IMG/VR virus record: IMGVR_UViG_3300032318_000556
Span: 1 to 32,517 of that record
Direction: 5' to 3' (one strand)
Length of the DNA stretch: 32,517 bases
Source of the DNA: a virus
Taxonomy: Duplodnaviria; Caudoviricetes
A program made the translations under genes and the position numbers. Below are positions 16,555 through 25,067 of the stretch, in pieces; the stretch's first letter is position 1, and each line of letters begins with the position of its first letter. The notes beneath the pieces are model-generated. The model was not told where the DNA came from, ran no database searches, and was given only the letters and a program-made list of their open reading frames with translations.

Positions 16555-18152
16555 TGGCTAAATATTCAAATGATGCTAAGTACATTAGTCTTTTAAATCA
16601 AACAAATAAGGCTGGTGAAGAGGCTAAAAAGGCTCTTGCTCGTTTAGATGCGGCTAAGCCTAATACATCAGAGTGGACTTCTTTAAAGGCTAAGTATGAC
16701 GCCGCAAAAGCAAAGTATGATGCTGCCGATGCAGCACGTCTTGCTCGTAAAAAAGAAATTGACGATGCCGCTGCAAAAGGAAAAGAAGATAGAGAAACAA
16801 ACAAAGGCAAAACATCAGCCAAGGCTGAAATCCCTGTACTTGAATTAGAGTTACAAAAAGCAATTAACAGAGGCGACAAGGCAGCAGAAGCAGCAGCAAG
16901 GGCTGCAATTAAGGCTGCTCAAGATAAGGCTGCTGGTATTAAACCACCAGTAACTGCAGGTGATGGTACTGAAGTTAACCCAGAAGAAGTAACTAACAAT
17001 AAGTTTAAAGACTATACTGTTAATTCTACTGGTTCAGTTACAAATCTAGACGGTAATCCTGTTTATTTTGTTAGCACAAAAAATCCTGATGGTTCAAGTA
17101 ATATGCAACCATACACAAGCATTGTTAAGGCTCGTGAAGAGTTTCTTAAAAACTATCCAGGACCAGGTGGTTTAGATAAACTTAAACAAGAATTGCTTGC
17201 TAAGACTTATATTAAGAGTAGTGAATTATCAGGTTTTGATTGGCTTCCTGGTCTCGACCTGATGATTAGCAAGTATACTTATGAGGCAGTTAGTGCCGTT
17301 AAGTATGGCGGTGCTAAAGAAGCACCATTAATTACTACATGGTTTGCAACTTCAAAGGGTGGCGCAGGCACAGGAACAACAAGCAAGGCAGGAACCTTTA
17401 AGGATTCAGACCTTGACTTAACTACCATTGGTGATGCATACACTGAAATCAATGATTACATGATTGATGCTTTGGGTAGAGAAGCAACTCAAGAAGAAAA
17501 AGATGCTTACTTTAAAGACATTAATGAACGTGAATTAAAGTCATCAGTTGAGACTGTTAGTGTACGCGATGCAACTGGAAAGATTACTAAGACTAAGCGC
17601 ACTGGTGATTTTGTTACACCAGCAGAACGGCTTGCTGCGCAGAATGCTATTATTATTAAAGCATTAGAAGGCACAGATGCTGCTGAATTACTTAAGTCCG
17701 CCAAGGGTAGTCAAGTCGCCATACAGATTGCAGCCTTACAAAAGGTTTCTGCTGATTATGGGCAACCATTAACAGCAGGTGAAGCACTTAGATATGTTAT
17801 TGAAGGCGGCACAGAAAAAGATGCTATAGCAAAGCAAACAGAACGTATGCGTTTAAATGCTATGACTATGTATAGCAACCTTAAAGACCACATCAGAGAT
17901 GGTGGAAATGTTAAAGACATTGCAGACCAGTACGCTTCAATCAAGGCTAGGAAACTGGGCATACCTGTAACAGATGCGTTTACCGATAATGATGTCAAAG
18001 CAGCATTAACTAAAGACGGTGGACTTATGAGCACCGCAGAGTTTAGTAGACAAATGCAAGCAAACCCACTATGGCGTCAAACAGATGAAGCACGAAATGT
18101 TGCTTCTGACTTTGCTAACACCATACTTAAGTCGTTTGGAATCATGGGCTAA
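16554..18152 (+). CDS. Putative internal virion / ejection protein, 532 aa with N-terminal coiled coil
   Basis: TAATG coupling; Ala/Lys-rich helical N-terminus. Confidence 0.55.
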   Translation: MAKYSNDAKYISLLNQTNKAGEEAKKALARLDAAKPNTSEWTSLKAKYDAAKAKYDAADAARLARKKEIDDAAAKGKEDRETNKGKTSAKAEIPVLELELQKAINRGDKAAEAAARAAIKAAQDKAAGIKPPVTAGDGTEVNPEEVTNNKFKDYTVNSTGSVTNLDGNPVYFVSTKNPDGSSNMQPYTSIVKAREEFLKNYPGPGGLDKLKQELLAKTYIKSSELSGFDWLPGLDLMISKYTYEAVSAVKYGGAKEAPLITTWFATSKGGAGTGTTSKAGTFKDSDLDLTTIGDAYTEINDYMIDALGREATQEEKDAYFKDINERELKSSVETVSVRDATGKITKTKRTGDFVTPAERLAAQNAIIIKALEGTDAAELLKSAKGSQVAIQIAALQKVSADYGQPLTAGEALRYVIEGGTEKDAIAKQTERMRLNAMTMYSNLKDHIRDGGNVKDIADQYASIKARKLGIPVTDAFTDNDVKAALTKDGGLMSTAEFSRQMQANPLWRQTDEARNVASDFANTILKSFGIMG

Positions 18153-19306
18153 TGGCAAAGAAACTTACAGCAGCACAAATTGCTGCAGCAAAAGCAAAAG
18201 CAGCAGCAGCAAAAAAAGAAGCCGCTTATATTGCCAGCCTTGGTAAAACAACTTCACCATCTAGTTCTGGTTTATACACTTATGGTGAGCGTATTGATAT
18301 GTCTGGCGGTAGTGCTCCTTATAATCCAGCAATGGCTAGCAGCATGAACCCAACTATGTCGCCTGGTGCAAGCCCTATTTTTGGTGACCCTAACGCTAGC
18401 CCTACGGCTATTCCCGTTACTGGTGCTAGCACTAGCGCTACAACTAAAGAGATTAGCGATGCTACACGTGATGCATTTGCTGCGCTTGCAGATTTATTTG
18501 CATCATATGGATTAGAAAGTCTTGCTGATGAAATTACAAGTTACATGACTAGCGGTAAAACAGCAGGAGAAGCGCTTATTGCGCTTAAGACCAACCCTAA
18601 TGGTGCTTATGCTAAGCGTTTTGCTGGCAACTTTGCTCGTACTAAAAATGGACTTAATGCTTTATCTGAGGCTGAATATATAACAAACGAAAAGGCATAT
18701 GCTGAAACACTCAAGGCATACGGTTTAGGTAACATGCTCAGCGTTAACCGTGAGGATAACTATAAGAAGTTTGCTGATTACATTGCAGGAGATGTATCTC
18801 CTGATGAGTTTAAAGACCGTGTAAAAACAGTTGTAATGCGTGTTCAGAATGCAGACCCTAGTATTAAAGCAACACTTAAGTCTTTCTATCCTGAAATTAG
18901 TGATAATGATTTGGTTAGTTACTTCCTTAATCCAAAGGAAAACTTACCTAGGTTACAAGAGAAGGTAACAGCATCTGAAATTGGTGCAGCATTTACTGGA
19001 CAAGGATTATCAACCAACGTTACATCAGCAACTGACCTTGCTAAATATGGCATTGACCGTGCTGGTGCTCTTGTTGGAACACAACAGATTAAAGAAGTTC
19101 TTCCTGTATCAGAAAAACTAAGCAGTATTTATGGTGAAGCAGGAATTAAGTATGACCAAACCGCTAGCGAGTCTGAGTTCTTTAAGGGCAACCAAGATGC
19201 AGCACAACAACGCAAGCGTTTAAAGTCTATGGAACGTGCCGCCTTTAGCGGCAGTTCTGGTGTAGGACAGTCAAGCCTAACAAAGAGTATACAAGGCTTA
19301 CTCTAA
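18152..19306 (+). CDS. Putative internal virion / ejection protein, 384 aa
   Basis: TAATG coupling; low-complexity N-terminus, helical body. Confidence 0.55.
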   Translation: MAKKLTAAQIAAAKAKAAAAKKEAAYIASLGKTTSPSSSGLYTYGERIDMSGGSAPYNPAMASSMNPTMSPGASPIFGDPNASPTAIPVTGASTSATTKEISDATRDAFAALADLFASYGLESLADEITSYMTSGKTAGEALIALKTNPNGAYAKRFAGNFARTKNGLNALSEAEYITNEKAYAETLKAYGLGNMLSVNREDNYKKFADYIAGDVSPDEFKDRVKTVVMRVQNADPSIKATLKSFYPEISDNDLVSYFLNPKENLPRLQEKVTASEIGAAFTGQGLSTNVTSATDLAKYGIDRAGALVGTQQIKEVLPVSEKLSSIYGEAGIKYDQTASESEFFKGNQDAAQQRKRLKSMERAAFSGSSGVGQSSLTKSIQGLL

Positions 19307-19316
19307 AAATAAAATC

Positions 19317-19402
19317 CAGATGTGGACCCACCAGCCCCACCTGCGTATAAGACTGGTAGCAGAAGCCAGACGGTATTCCCCAATGCCGAACCTGTGGTCT
19401 GC
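19317..19402 (+). ncRNA. Candidate structured RNA (pseudoknot plus hairpin) upstream of the scaffold gene
   Basis: Four mutually compatible pairings read from the sequence; GC-rich island in an otherwise gapless operon. Confidence 0.5.
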
Positions 19403-19434
19403 GATTCAACTAATGAGATGGGAGAACGGTTGCT

Positions 19435-19911
19435 ATGAGCAACAACTACTGGGACGAAGAAGAAGACGACATCGATACAACTCCAAACACTGAAGAAGGC
19501 GCAATGAAACAATTGCGCAAGGCTAAGCGTGCGGATGAAAAGCGTATCAAAGAGTTAACTGAGCAACTTGATACATTCACTAAAGCGCAACGTGAATCAG
19601 TCATTAAGAAAGTCCTAGAATCAAATGGCGTTAGCCCCAAGGCTGCACGTCTAATTTCAAGAGAACTAGAAGGCGACATAACAGAAGAGGCAGTTGTTAA
19701 CTACCTTACTGATAACGCAGAAGTTTTTGGATTAGAAGTTCAGTATGAGGAAACGCCTGCAAACACCCTTGACCGAGCAGCCCTACGGCAGCAGGACATG
19801 GTAACTCAGCAGGCGTTGACGCCTGATGCCGAACAAAATCTGGCATACCAAGTAGACAATGCTTCGGAAGAAGAACTGCTTGCCATGATTTATTCGGGAA
19901 AACTTAATTAA
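19435..19911 (+). CDS. Capsid scaffolding protein (putative)
   Basis: Directly upstream of MCP; acidic N-terminus, coiled coil, 158 aa. Confidence 0.7.
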   Translation: MSNNYWDEEEDDIDTTPNTEEGAMKQLRKAKRADEKRIKELTEQLDTFTKAQRESVIKKVLESNGVSPKAARLISRELEGDITEEAVVNYLTDNAEVFGLEVQYEETPANTLDRAALRQQDMVTQQALTPDAEQNLAYQVDNASEEELLAMIYSGKLN

Positions 19912-19951
19912 CAACAACCGAATCTAATACCCTCATAAGGAGGTGCAATAA

Positions 19952-21148
19952 ATGGCTAATGCATATACAACCACAGGCTCCAACTCGCTTGGAGGTACAG
20001 TTGGTGGTGCGGGTCTCGTACAAAAGGCGTATGACCGTCTTGTAGAGTTCGCACTCCGTGCACAACCACTAATCCGTTCAGTTGCCGATAAGACACCTGC
20101 ACGTCAAAGCATCCCTGGTTCATCAGTTGTTTTGCAGCGTTATGTTGACTTAACAAAGAAGACAGCAACACTCACAGAAACAGTTGACCCAGATGCAGTA
20201 GCGTTGGCAACACCAACCTACACAACTATTACTCTTGCAGAGTATGGTAACGCAGTACTTGTAACACGTGCGTTGGAACTATTCAGCCTTGCTGATGTAG
20301 ACCCAGCAATCGCTAACATCATTGCGTTTAACATGGCAGACTCAATTGACGAAGTTGCTCAGACAGTGCTACGCGCTGGTGAGAACGTACTTCGTGGCGG
20401 AACTGCTACATCCCGTGCGACACTTACATCTTCTGATGTATTTACTTCAGCACTTGCACGTAAGGCAACTGCAAAGTTGCGTTCAAACAAGGCTATCCCA
20501 CGCAAGGGTTCACTATACTGGGCTGGTATCCACCCAGAAGTTTCACATGACCTTCGCGCCGAAACAGGCGTAGGTTCATGGCGTCAGCCACACGAGTATC
20601 AGTCAAATGATGCTATCTGGGCAGGCGAAATTGGTACATACGAAGGTGCATTCTATGTTGAGTCACCACGTTTGTTCTCAGACAAGACAGGTGCAGACCG
20701 CACAGCACTTGCAACTACAGCAGTAACTGTAGCAGCAGCATCAGCAGCGACATCATTTGGTATCGCTTCTTCTTCTGTTATCGCTACAACTGCCGTTGCT
20801 GGAGATAAGATTTCAGGAACAGGAATTGCTTCTGGTTCTCTTATCGTATCTATCGAAACAAGTGGTTCAACTTCAACAGTTACTGTTGATACACCATTCT
20901 CTGCTGCAGTCACATCGACTACAACAATCACTGTTACACCTGAGACAAAGGTATTCAATACCTACTTCGCAGGACAGCAGGCATTGGCTGAGGCAGTTGC
21001 CGAAGAGCCACACGTTGTAATCGGACCAGTCGTTGACAAGTTGATGCGTCACCGTCCACTCGGATGGTACGGCGTACTAGGTCACGCTATCTACCGTGAA
21101 GAAGCGCTTTACCGCGTTGAAACATCTTCATCAATTGACTTTGTGTAA
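19952..21148 (+). CDS. Major capsid protein (N4-gp56-like, HK97 fold) with Thr/Ser/Ala-rich insertion
   Basis: Strong AAGGAGG RBS; TITLAEYGN, IHPEVSHDLR, GEIGTYEG, DKLMRHRPLGWYG motifs; biased codon usage. Confidence 0.9.
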   Translation: MANAYTTTGSNSLGGTVGGAGLVQKAYDRLVEFALRAQPLIRSVADKTPARQSIPGSSVVLQRYVDLTKKTATLTETVDPDAVALATPTYTTITLAEYGNAVLVTRALELFSLADVDPAIANIIAFNMADSIDEVAQTVLRAGENVLRGGTATSRATLTSSDVFTSALARKATAKLRSNKAIPRKGSLYWAGIHPEVSHDLRAETGVGSWRQPHEYQSNDAIWAGEIGTYEGAFYVESPRLFSDKTGADRTALATTAVTVAAASAATSFGIASSSVIATTAVAGDKISGTGIASGSLIVSIETSGSTSTVTVDTPFSAAVTSTTTITVTPETKVFNTYFAGQQALAEAVAEEPHVVIGPVVDKLMRHRPLGWYGVLGHAIYREEALYRVETSSSIDFV

Positions 21149-21152
21149 GCAA

Positions 21153-21213
21153 TAGTTAACTGACGACAGAGCAGGGGTTGCATGTGCGCCCCTGCTTTGT
21201 AGTAAGTCAACTA
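21153..21213 (+). terminator. Long imperfect hairpin after MCP (attenuator/terminator or processing site)
   Basis: Core ACAGAGCAGGGG/CCCCTGCTTTGT, extended with regular mismatches to TAGTT/AACTA. Confidence 0.65.
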
Positions 21214-21222
21214 AGGAGACTA

Positions 21223-21483
21223 ATGACTAAGTATTACCTAACAACTCCTACAGAGGAGTACGGTCCAGCAGGCGGTGGACGTTTGTTTATCCGCTATCGC
21301 TTAACCCGTGGCATCAGTCTCATGCGCAATAACGGCGTTTGGTCTGAAATTAGATTCCCTACCGAAGACATCATAAGAGAAGCCGACAAGTTTTATCTTG
21401 GTGGCAGTGATTATGAAATATCAGAATCAAGTTATCAATCGTTAATTGACCAAGGATTTGGTGAGTACGTAAGGGCGGAATAA
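21223..21483 (+). CDS. Hypothetical protein, 86 aa
   Basis: AAGGAG RBS before ATG 21223; TAATG coupling. Confidence 0.75.
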   Translation: MTKYYLTTPTEEYGPAGGGRLFIRYRLTRGISLMRNNGVWSEIRFPTEDIIREADKFYLGGSDYEISESSYQSLIDQGFGEYVRAE

Positions 21484-21926
21484 TGGAGCATCAGCATATT
21501 AGCAAGGTGCTTGAATGGGGATTCAACGCAGACCATGACTTTATGGCAACCCTTTGGGGTTGCGTGTTATGTCATGTAACAGCAGATAAACCGTTTGAGT
21601 ACGAAGAAATTTCAATTGACCACACAATGTGTGGTGAAGATTGTTTTGGTTGCAAGGCTAAAGGTTTGCAATTAGCAACAGGGGATGCAGCAGGCAACAT
21701 TGTTGCTAGCGGTACCACTCAGAAAAAGTGGGACAAAGAATTGGCTTTCTATAAAGAGGCTAGAGCACAAGGTGTACAACCTGAAGGCACTTCTCGCAAG
21801 GCTATAGAAAAAGCACTAGATGCATCAGCGGTTTTAAACAAACCTTACAATGCTGAAAAGATGCCTAAAGCCAAAGATGTAACTAAAGAAACCGTAGCAG
21901 TAATGAAAGAGATAGGACAAATCTAA
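21483..21926 (+). CDS. Hypothetical Cys/His-containing protein (CVLC, HTMC..DCFGCK; KKWDKEL..Y..AR.QG.QP)
   Basis: ORF track; TAATG coupling. Confidence 0.75.
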   Translation: MEHQHISKVLEWGFNADHDFMATLWGCVLCHVTADKPFEYEEISIDHTMCGEDCFGCKAKGLQLATGDAAGNIVASGTTQKKWDKELAFYKEARAQGVQPEGTSRKAIEKALDASAVLNKPYNAEKMPKAKDVTKETVAVMKEIGQI

Positions 21927-22132
21927 TGGCAGCAAAGAAGAAGGCAAAGCCAATGTCTAAGAAAGCAGACATGAAGCAAGACGCAAGAATGATGGCGGGT
22001 ATGACGCCAGCAAAAAAAGCAGCCTTCAAAAAGGCTGACAAGAAGATGGATGCCAAAAAGCCATCTGCAAGAGCAGACGCAAGAATGGACATGGCGCTTC
22101 GTAACCGCATTATGAGAAAGAAGAGTATGTAA
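21926..22132 (+). CDS. Small Lys/Met/Ala-rich basic protein, 68 aa
   Basis: AGGA RBS; TAATG coupling. Confidence 0.75.
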   Translation: MAAKKKAKPMSKKADMKQDARMMAGMTPAKKAAFKKADKKMDAKKPSARADARMDMALRNRIMRKKSM

Positions 22133-22134
22133 TT

Positions 22135-22329
22135 ATGTGCACAGCATGTGGATGCAAGGACACAGCAGTAACTATTGACGCACCAGTGCGTAACAGTACA
22201 AAGCCAGCAACAGGAGCAATCCCTGGCTACACACAAGGTTCATCTATTGGTGGACAAGAACTTCATCGTTCAGATGCAAGTGTAATTAAAGGTTGGAATG
22301 TTCCAGCACCATACGGAAAAGGAAAGTAA
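22135..22329 (+). CDS. Small protein starting MCTACGC, 64 aa
   Basis: ORF track; tight packing. Confidence 0.7.
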   Translation: MCTACGCKDTAVTIDAPVRNSTKPATGAIPGYTQGSSIGGQELHRSDASVIKGWNVPAPYGKGK

Positions 22330-22331
22330 CA

Positions 22332-22565
22332 ATGGCTAACGAATACATGAAATCAAATGAGACAGCAGCAGGTCTTGTTATTCCTGCAAAGGTGCGCAAG
22401 TCAGCAACAGATACATCATCTGTAAACAAGGCTCAGTTTATGGGCGGAGTTGCTCCAGGAGCAGCACCAATGTCAGCACCACGTTCAGGCAAGGGTACAT
22501 CTAGCGGACCTGCACAGGTTATCAAGGGTGTTTACACACAGCCTGAAGGCGGACGTAGACCGTAA
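22332..22565 (+). CDS. Small Gly/Ala/Pro-rich basic protein, 77 aa
   Basis: ATG 22332 after AAGGA; TAATG coupling. Confidence 0.7.
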   Translation: MANEYMKSNETAAGLVIPAKVRKSATDTSSVNKAQFMGGVAPGAAPMSAPRSGKGTSSGPAQVIKGVYTQPEGGRRP

Positions 22566-22711
22566 TGGCTGCCCCTAAAAAAGCAGTTGCAAAAGGTTCA
22601 GTGGCTAAAACTTTTGATGTTAATAAATTAATACCAAAGATGACTCCACAAGATAAAGCAATGCTAAAGATTCTACAAAACAAATACGGCAAAAACGTTT
22701 ACAAAGGATAA
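22565..22711 (+). CDS. Small basic protein, 48 aa (MAAPKKAVAKGSVAKTFDVNKLIPKMTPQDKAMLKILQNKYGKNVYKG)
   Basis: Translated by hand; fills the gap exactly. Confidence 0.7.
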   Translation: MAAPKKAVAKGSVAKTFDVNKLIPKMTPQDKAMLKILQNKYGKNVYKG

Positions 22712-22713
22712 TC

Positions 22714-22971
22714 ATGACAGACCCTAGACTAAAGCGAGCAGGAGTGTCAGGCTTTAATAAGCCTAAACGCACACCAAACCACCCCAAGAAGAGCCACGTA
22801 GTTGTGGCTAAAGAAGGTAGTACGGTTAAAACTATTCGCTTTGGTCAACAGGGGGTTACTGGTGACCGTAAGCCAACTGCACGACAGGCTTCATTTAAAG
22901 CCCGTCACGCTAAGAACATTGCTAAAGGCAAGATGAGTGCCGCATACTGGGCAGACAAGGTTAAATGGTAA
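22714..22971 (+). CDS. Conserved basic phage protein (IRFGQQG...SFKARH...SAAYWA..W; DUF5754-like)
   Basis: Motif recognition; AAGGA RBS. Confidence 0.75.
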   Translation: MTDPRLKRAGVSGFNKPKRTPNHPKKSHVVVAKEGSTVKTIRFGQQGVTGDRKPTARQASFKARHAKNIAKGKMSAAYWADKVKW

Positions 22972-23822
22972 TGGCTGCTAAATTAACAGAAGCGCAAAAA
23001 CAAAAAATTAAATTTGCAGTTAGAGAAAATATTCTTGATAAAACTGCAAATAAAGTTGGACCTAAAGCAAATTCTACTCGCAAAAAAGTATCTGACAAAG
23101 ATGCACGCAATGCTGCCAAGACTATGAATCAAGCAATTATTCAACGTGGTGGTAAGGGCAAGGCTGGACTTAGAACGCTTACTGAATACATTGGCAGAAC
23201 AAGTGGTGGCAGAGGGGCAAGTCAATTAACTGCTCGCCCTGGAAAAATTAAAACTGGCAAAAAAACTTTAGTAGTTACTCGTCAAAAAGACCGCATGACT
23301 CCAGCAGATGTACTTGAAAAACGTGCTAAAGAACGTAATGCCCGTTTGTCTAAAGTATTTAAAAAAGTTACAGCACGTGGTGCTGGTACTTCAGTTGCTG
23401 GACCTAAACCAAATTCTAAAGTTCAAGTTGCTAAACCAAGTCCTGCTACTACTCGCGCAAAAGTTCTTATGCCTAAAGATGCTAAATTAGATGATTCTCG
23501 CAGAACTGCTATGAGAGAAGCAAATAATGCTCGTACATTAAAAGATGCAGTAGAACGTGAAAAAGAACAACGTCCTGATAAAAATGTATCACGTAATAAT
23601 GTTAATTCAAAAACAACTCCTGAACAACGTGAAGCAGACCGCCGTGTTGCAGAAGCATTAAAAGCAATTACAAAAGCAGAAAAAGCAAAAGCAAAAGCAG
23701 AGGCGGAAGCAAAAGCAAAATTAGTTAAAGCGCCAAAGCGTAGTATTACTTCATCTGGCGGTAGTCGTGGAACATTTACGGGTAGTTCGTCTGGCAAAGT
23801 AGGAATTACTTACACTAAGTAA
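22971..23822 (+). CDS. Lys/Arg/Ala-rich basic protein ending in RGTFTGSSSGKVGITYTK
   Basis: TAATG coupling at 22971; 283 aa. Confidence 0.8.
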   Translation: MAAKLTEAQKQKIKFAVRENILDKTANKVGPKANSTRKKVSDKDARNAAKTMNQAIIQRGGKGKAGLRTLTEYIGRTSGGRGASQLTARPGKIKTGKKTLVVTRQKDRMTPADVLEKRAKERNARLSKVFKKVTARGAGTSVAGPKPNSKVQVAKPSPATTRAKVLMPKDAKLDDSRRTAMREANNARTLKDAVEREKEQRPDKNVSRNNVNSKTTPEQREADRRVAEALKAITKAEKAKAKAEAEAKAKLVKAPKRSITSSGGSRGTFTGSSSGKVGITYTK

Positions 23823-23833
23823 AAGGAGCAGGA

Positions 23834-24166
23834 ATGACAACATATGGAACCGCAACTTACAATGGAACTACTTATACCTTGTATGGTTTTCCTGGGTCTA
23901 CACTTCGTGACGAACTCAATCGCCTTGCTAATGGGGGCGAGTACCCAGCACTTACATCTTACAAAGATGAAGACGGAGCAGTTAATGACTGGGTTGGAAC
24001 ACCAGCAGGTACACCGTTAGCGGCTGCTCTTAATTATAAGACCGACCCTAATCGTCCATACACAGCCTTTAAAGGCAACAACGCTGCTGCCTGTGAAATT
24101 GCTGGCATTACAGACCCAGCCAAATACATTGAAATTGTTACCGCACTAAGAACGGTTGCTTCCTAA
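23834..24166 (+). CDS. Hypothetical virion protein, 110 aa
   Basis: AAGGAG RBS; TAATG coupling. Confidence 0.7.
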   Translation: MTTYGTATYNGTTYTLYGFPGSTLRDELNRLANGGEYPALTSYKDEDGAVNDWVGTPAGTPLAAALNYKTDPNRPYTAFKGNNAAACEIAGITDPAKYIEIVTALRTVAS

Positions 24167-25059
24167 TGACAACACTAGATAACCTTATTGATGACGTACA
24201 GTTAGACCTTGCAGGTTTTACGTACCGTCAAGACCGAGCAACCTACTTAGTATCTGCTGCCACTACTTCAGACTTAGTACTCAATGTTGCTACCACGGAC
24301 AATATTGCTAAAGGCATTATTGAAATTGATGATGAAATGATGTGGGTAGATTCTTATGACCGTCAAGCAAACACTGTTACTATCGCTCCTTTTGGGCGCG
24401 GATACAATGGCACTACTATTACTGCTCATGACACTAATGCAAAAGTAACTATTACCCCTAGTTTTCCACGTCAAGTAGTTAAGCGTGCAATAAACGATAC
24501 AATTGGTGCAGTATACCCAAAGGTATTTGCAACTGGTTACACATCTACATATTTTTTGGCTAGCCGTACAACCTATGCAGTACCAGCAGAAGCCATTCAG
24601 ATTCTTTCAATGGCATGGCAATCAGTAGGACCAACAAAAGAATGGCTACCAATCCGCCAATGGCGTTGGGACCCTATTGCTTTCCCGTCAGCATTTCCTA
24701 CAGGTAAAACTGTATCAATCTACGACAACGTACTTCCAGGTCGTACTATGAATATTATTTACGCACACATGCCAATTGCATTAAGCAATAACGCAGATGA
24801 CTTTGAGACTGTATCGGGACTACCTTCTTCAATGCGAGATGTAATTATTTACGGTGCCGCATGGCGTTTGTCTTCATACCTTGACCCAGCACGTAACTCT
24901 ATTACTACACCTGCATCAGATGAACTTGACACAAAACGTCCATACGGCACAGGCACAACAGTTACAAAGAATTTGCAAGCGTTGTACCTACAACGTTTAG
25001 AAGAAGAATCCCTGAAGCAAAAACTTCAGTTCCCTACCCGCGTCCACTATTCACGATAG
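24166..25059 (+). CDS. Putative head-tail adaptor (tail tubular protein A-like) with inserted beta domain
   Basis: MTTLDNLIDDV...RAINDTI...DVIIYGAAWRL pattern of adaptor proteins; position. Confidence 0.65.
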   Translation: MTTLDNLIDDVQLDLAGFTYRQDRATYLVSAATTSDLVLNVATTDNIAKGIIEIDDEMMWVDSYDRQANTVTIAPFGRGYNGTTITAHDTNAKVTITPSFPRQVVKRAINDTIGAVYPKVFATGYTSTYFLASRTTYAVPAEAIQILSMAWQSVGPTKEWLPIRQWRWDPIAFPSAFPTGKTVSIYDNVLPGRTMNIIYAHMPIALSNNADDFETVSGLPSSMRDVIIYGAAWRLSSYLDPARNSITTPASDELDTKRPYGTGTTVTKNLQALYLQRLEEESLKQKLQFPTRVHYSR

Positions 25060-25067
25060 GCGAATAA

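Noticed and set aside
19931-19943. CCTC/GAGG pairing over the MCP ribosome-binding site
   Set aside because: Only 4 bp; easily arises by chance
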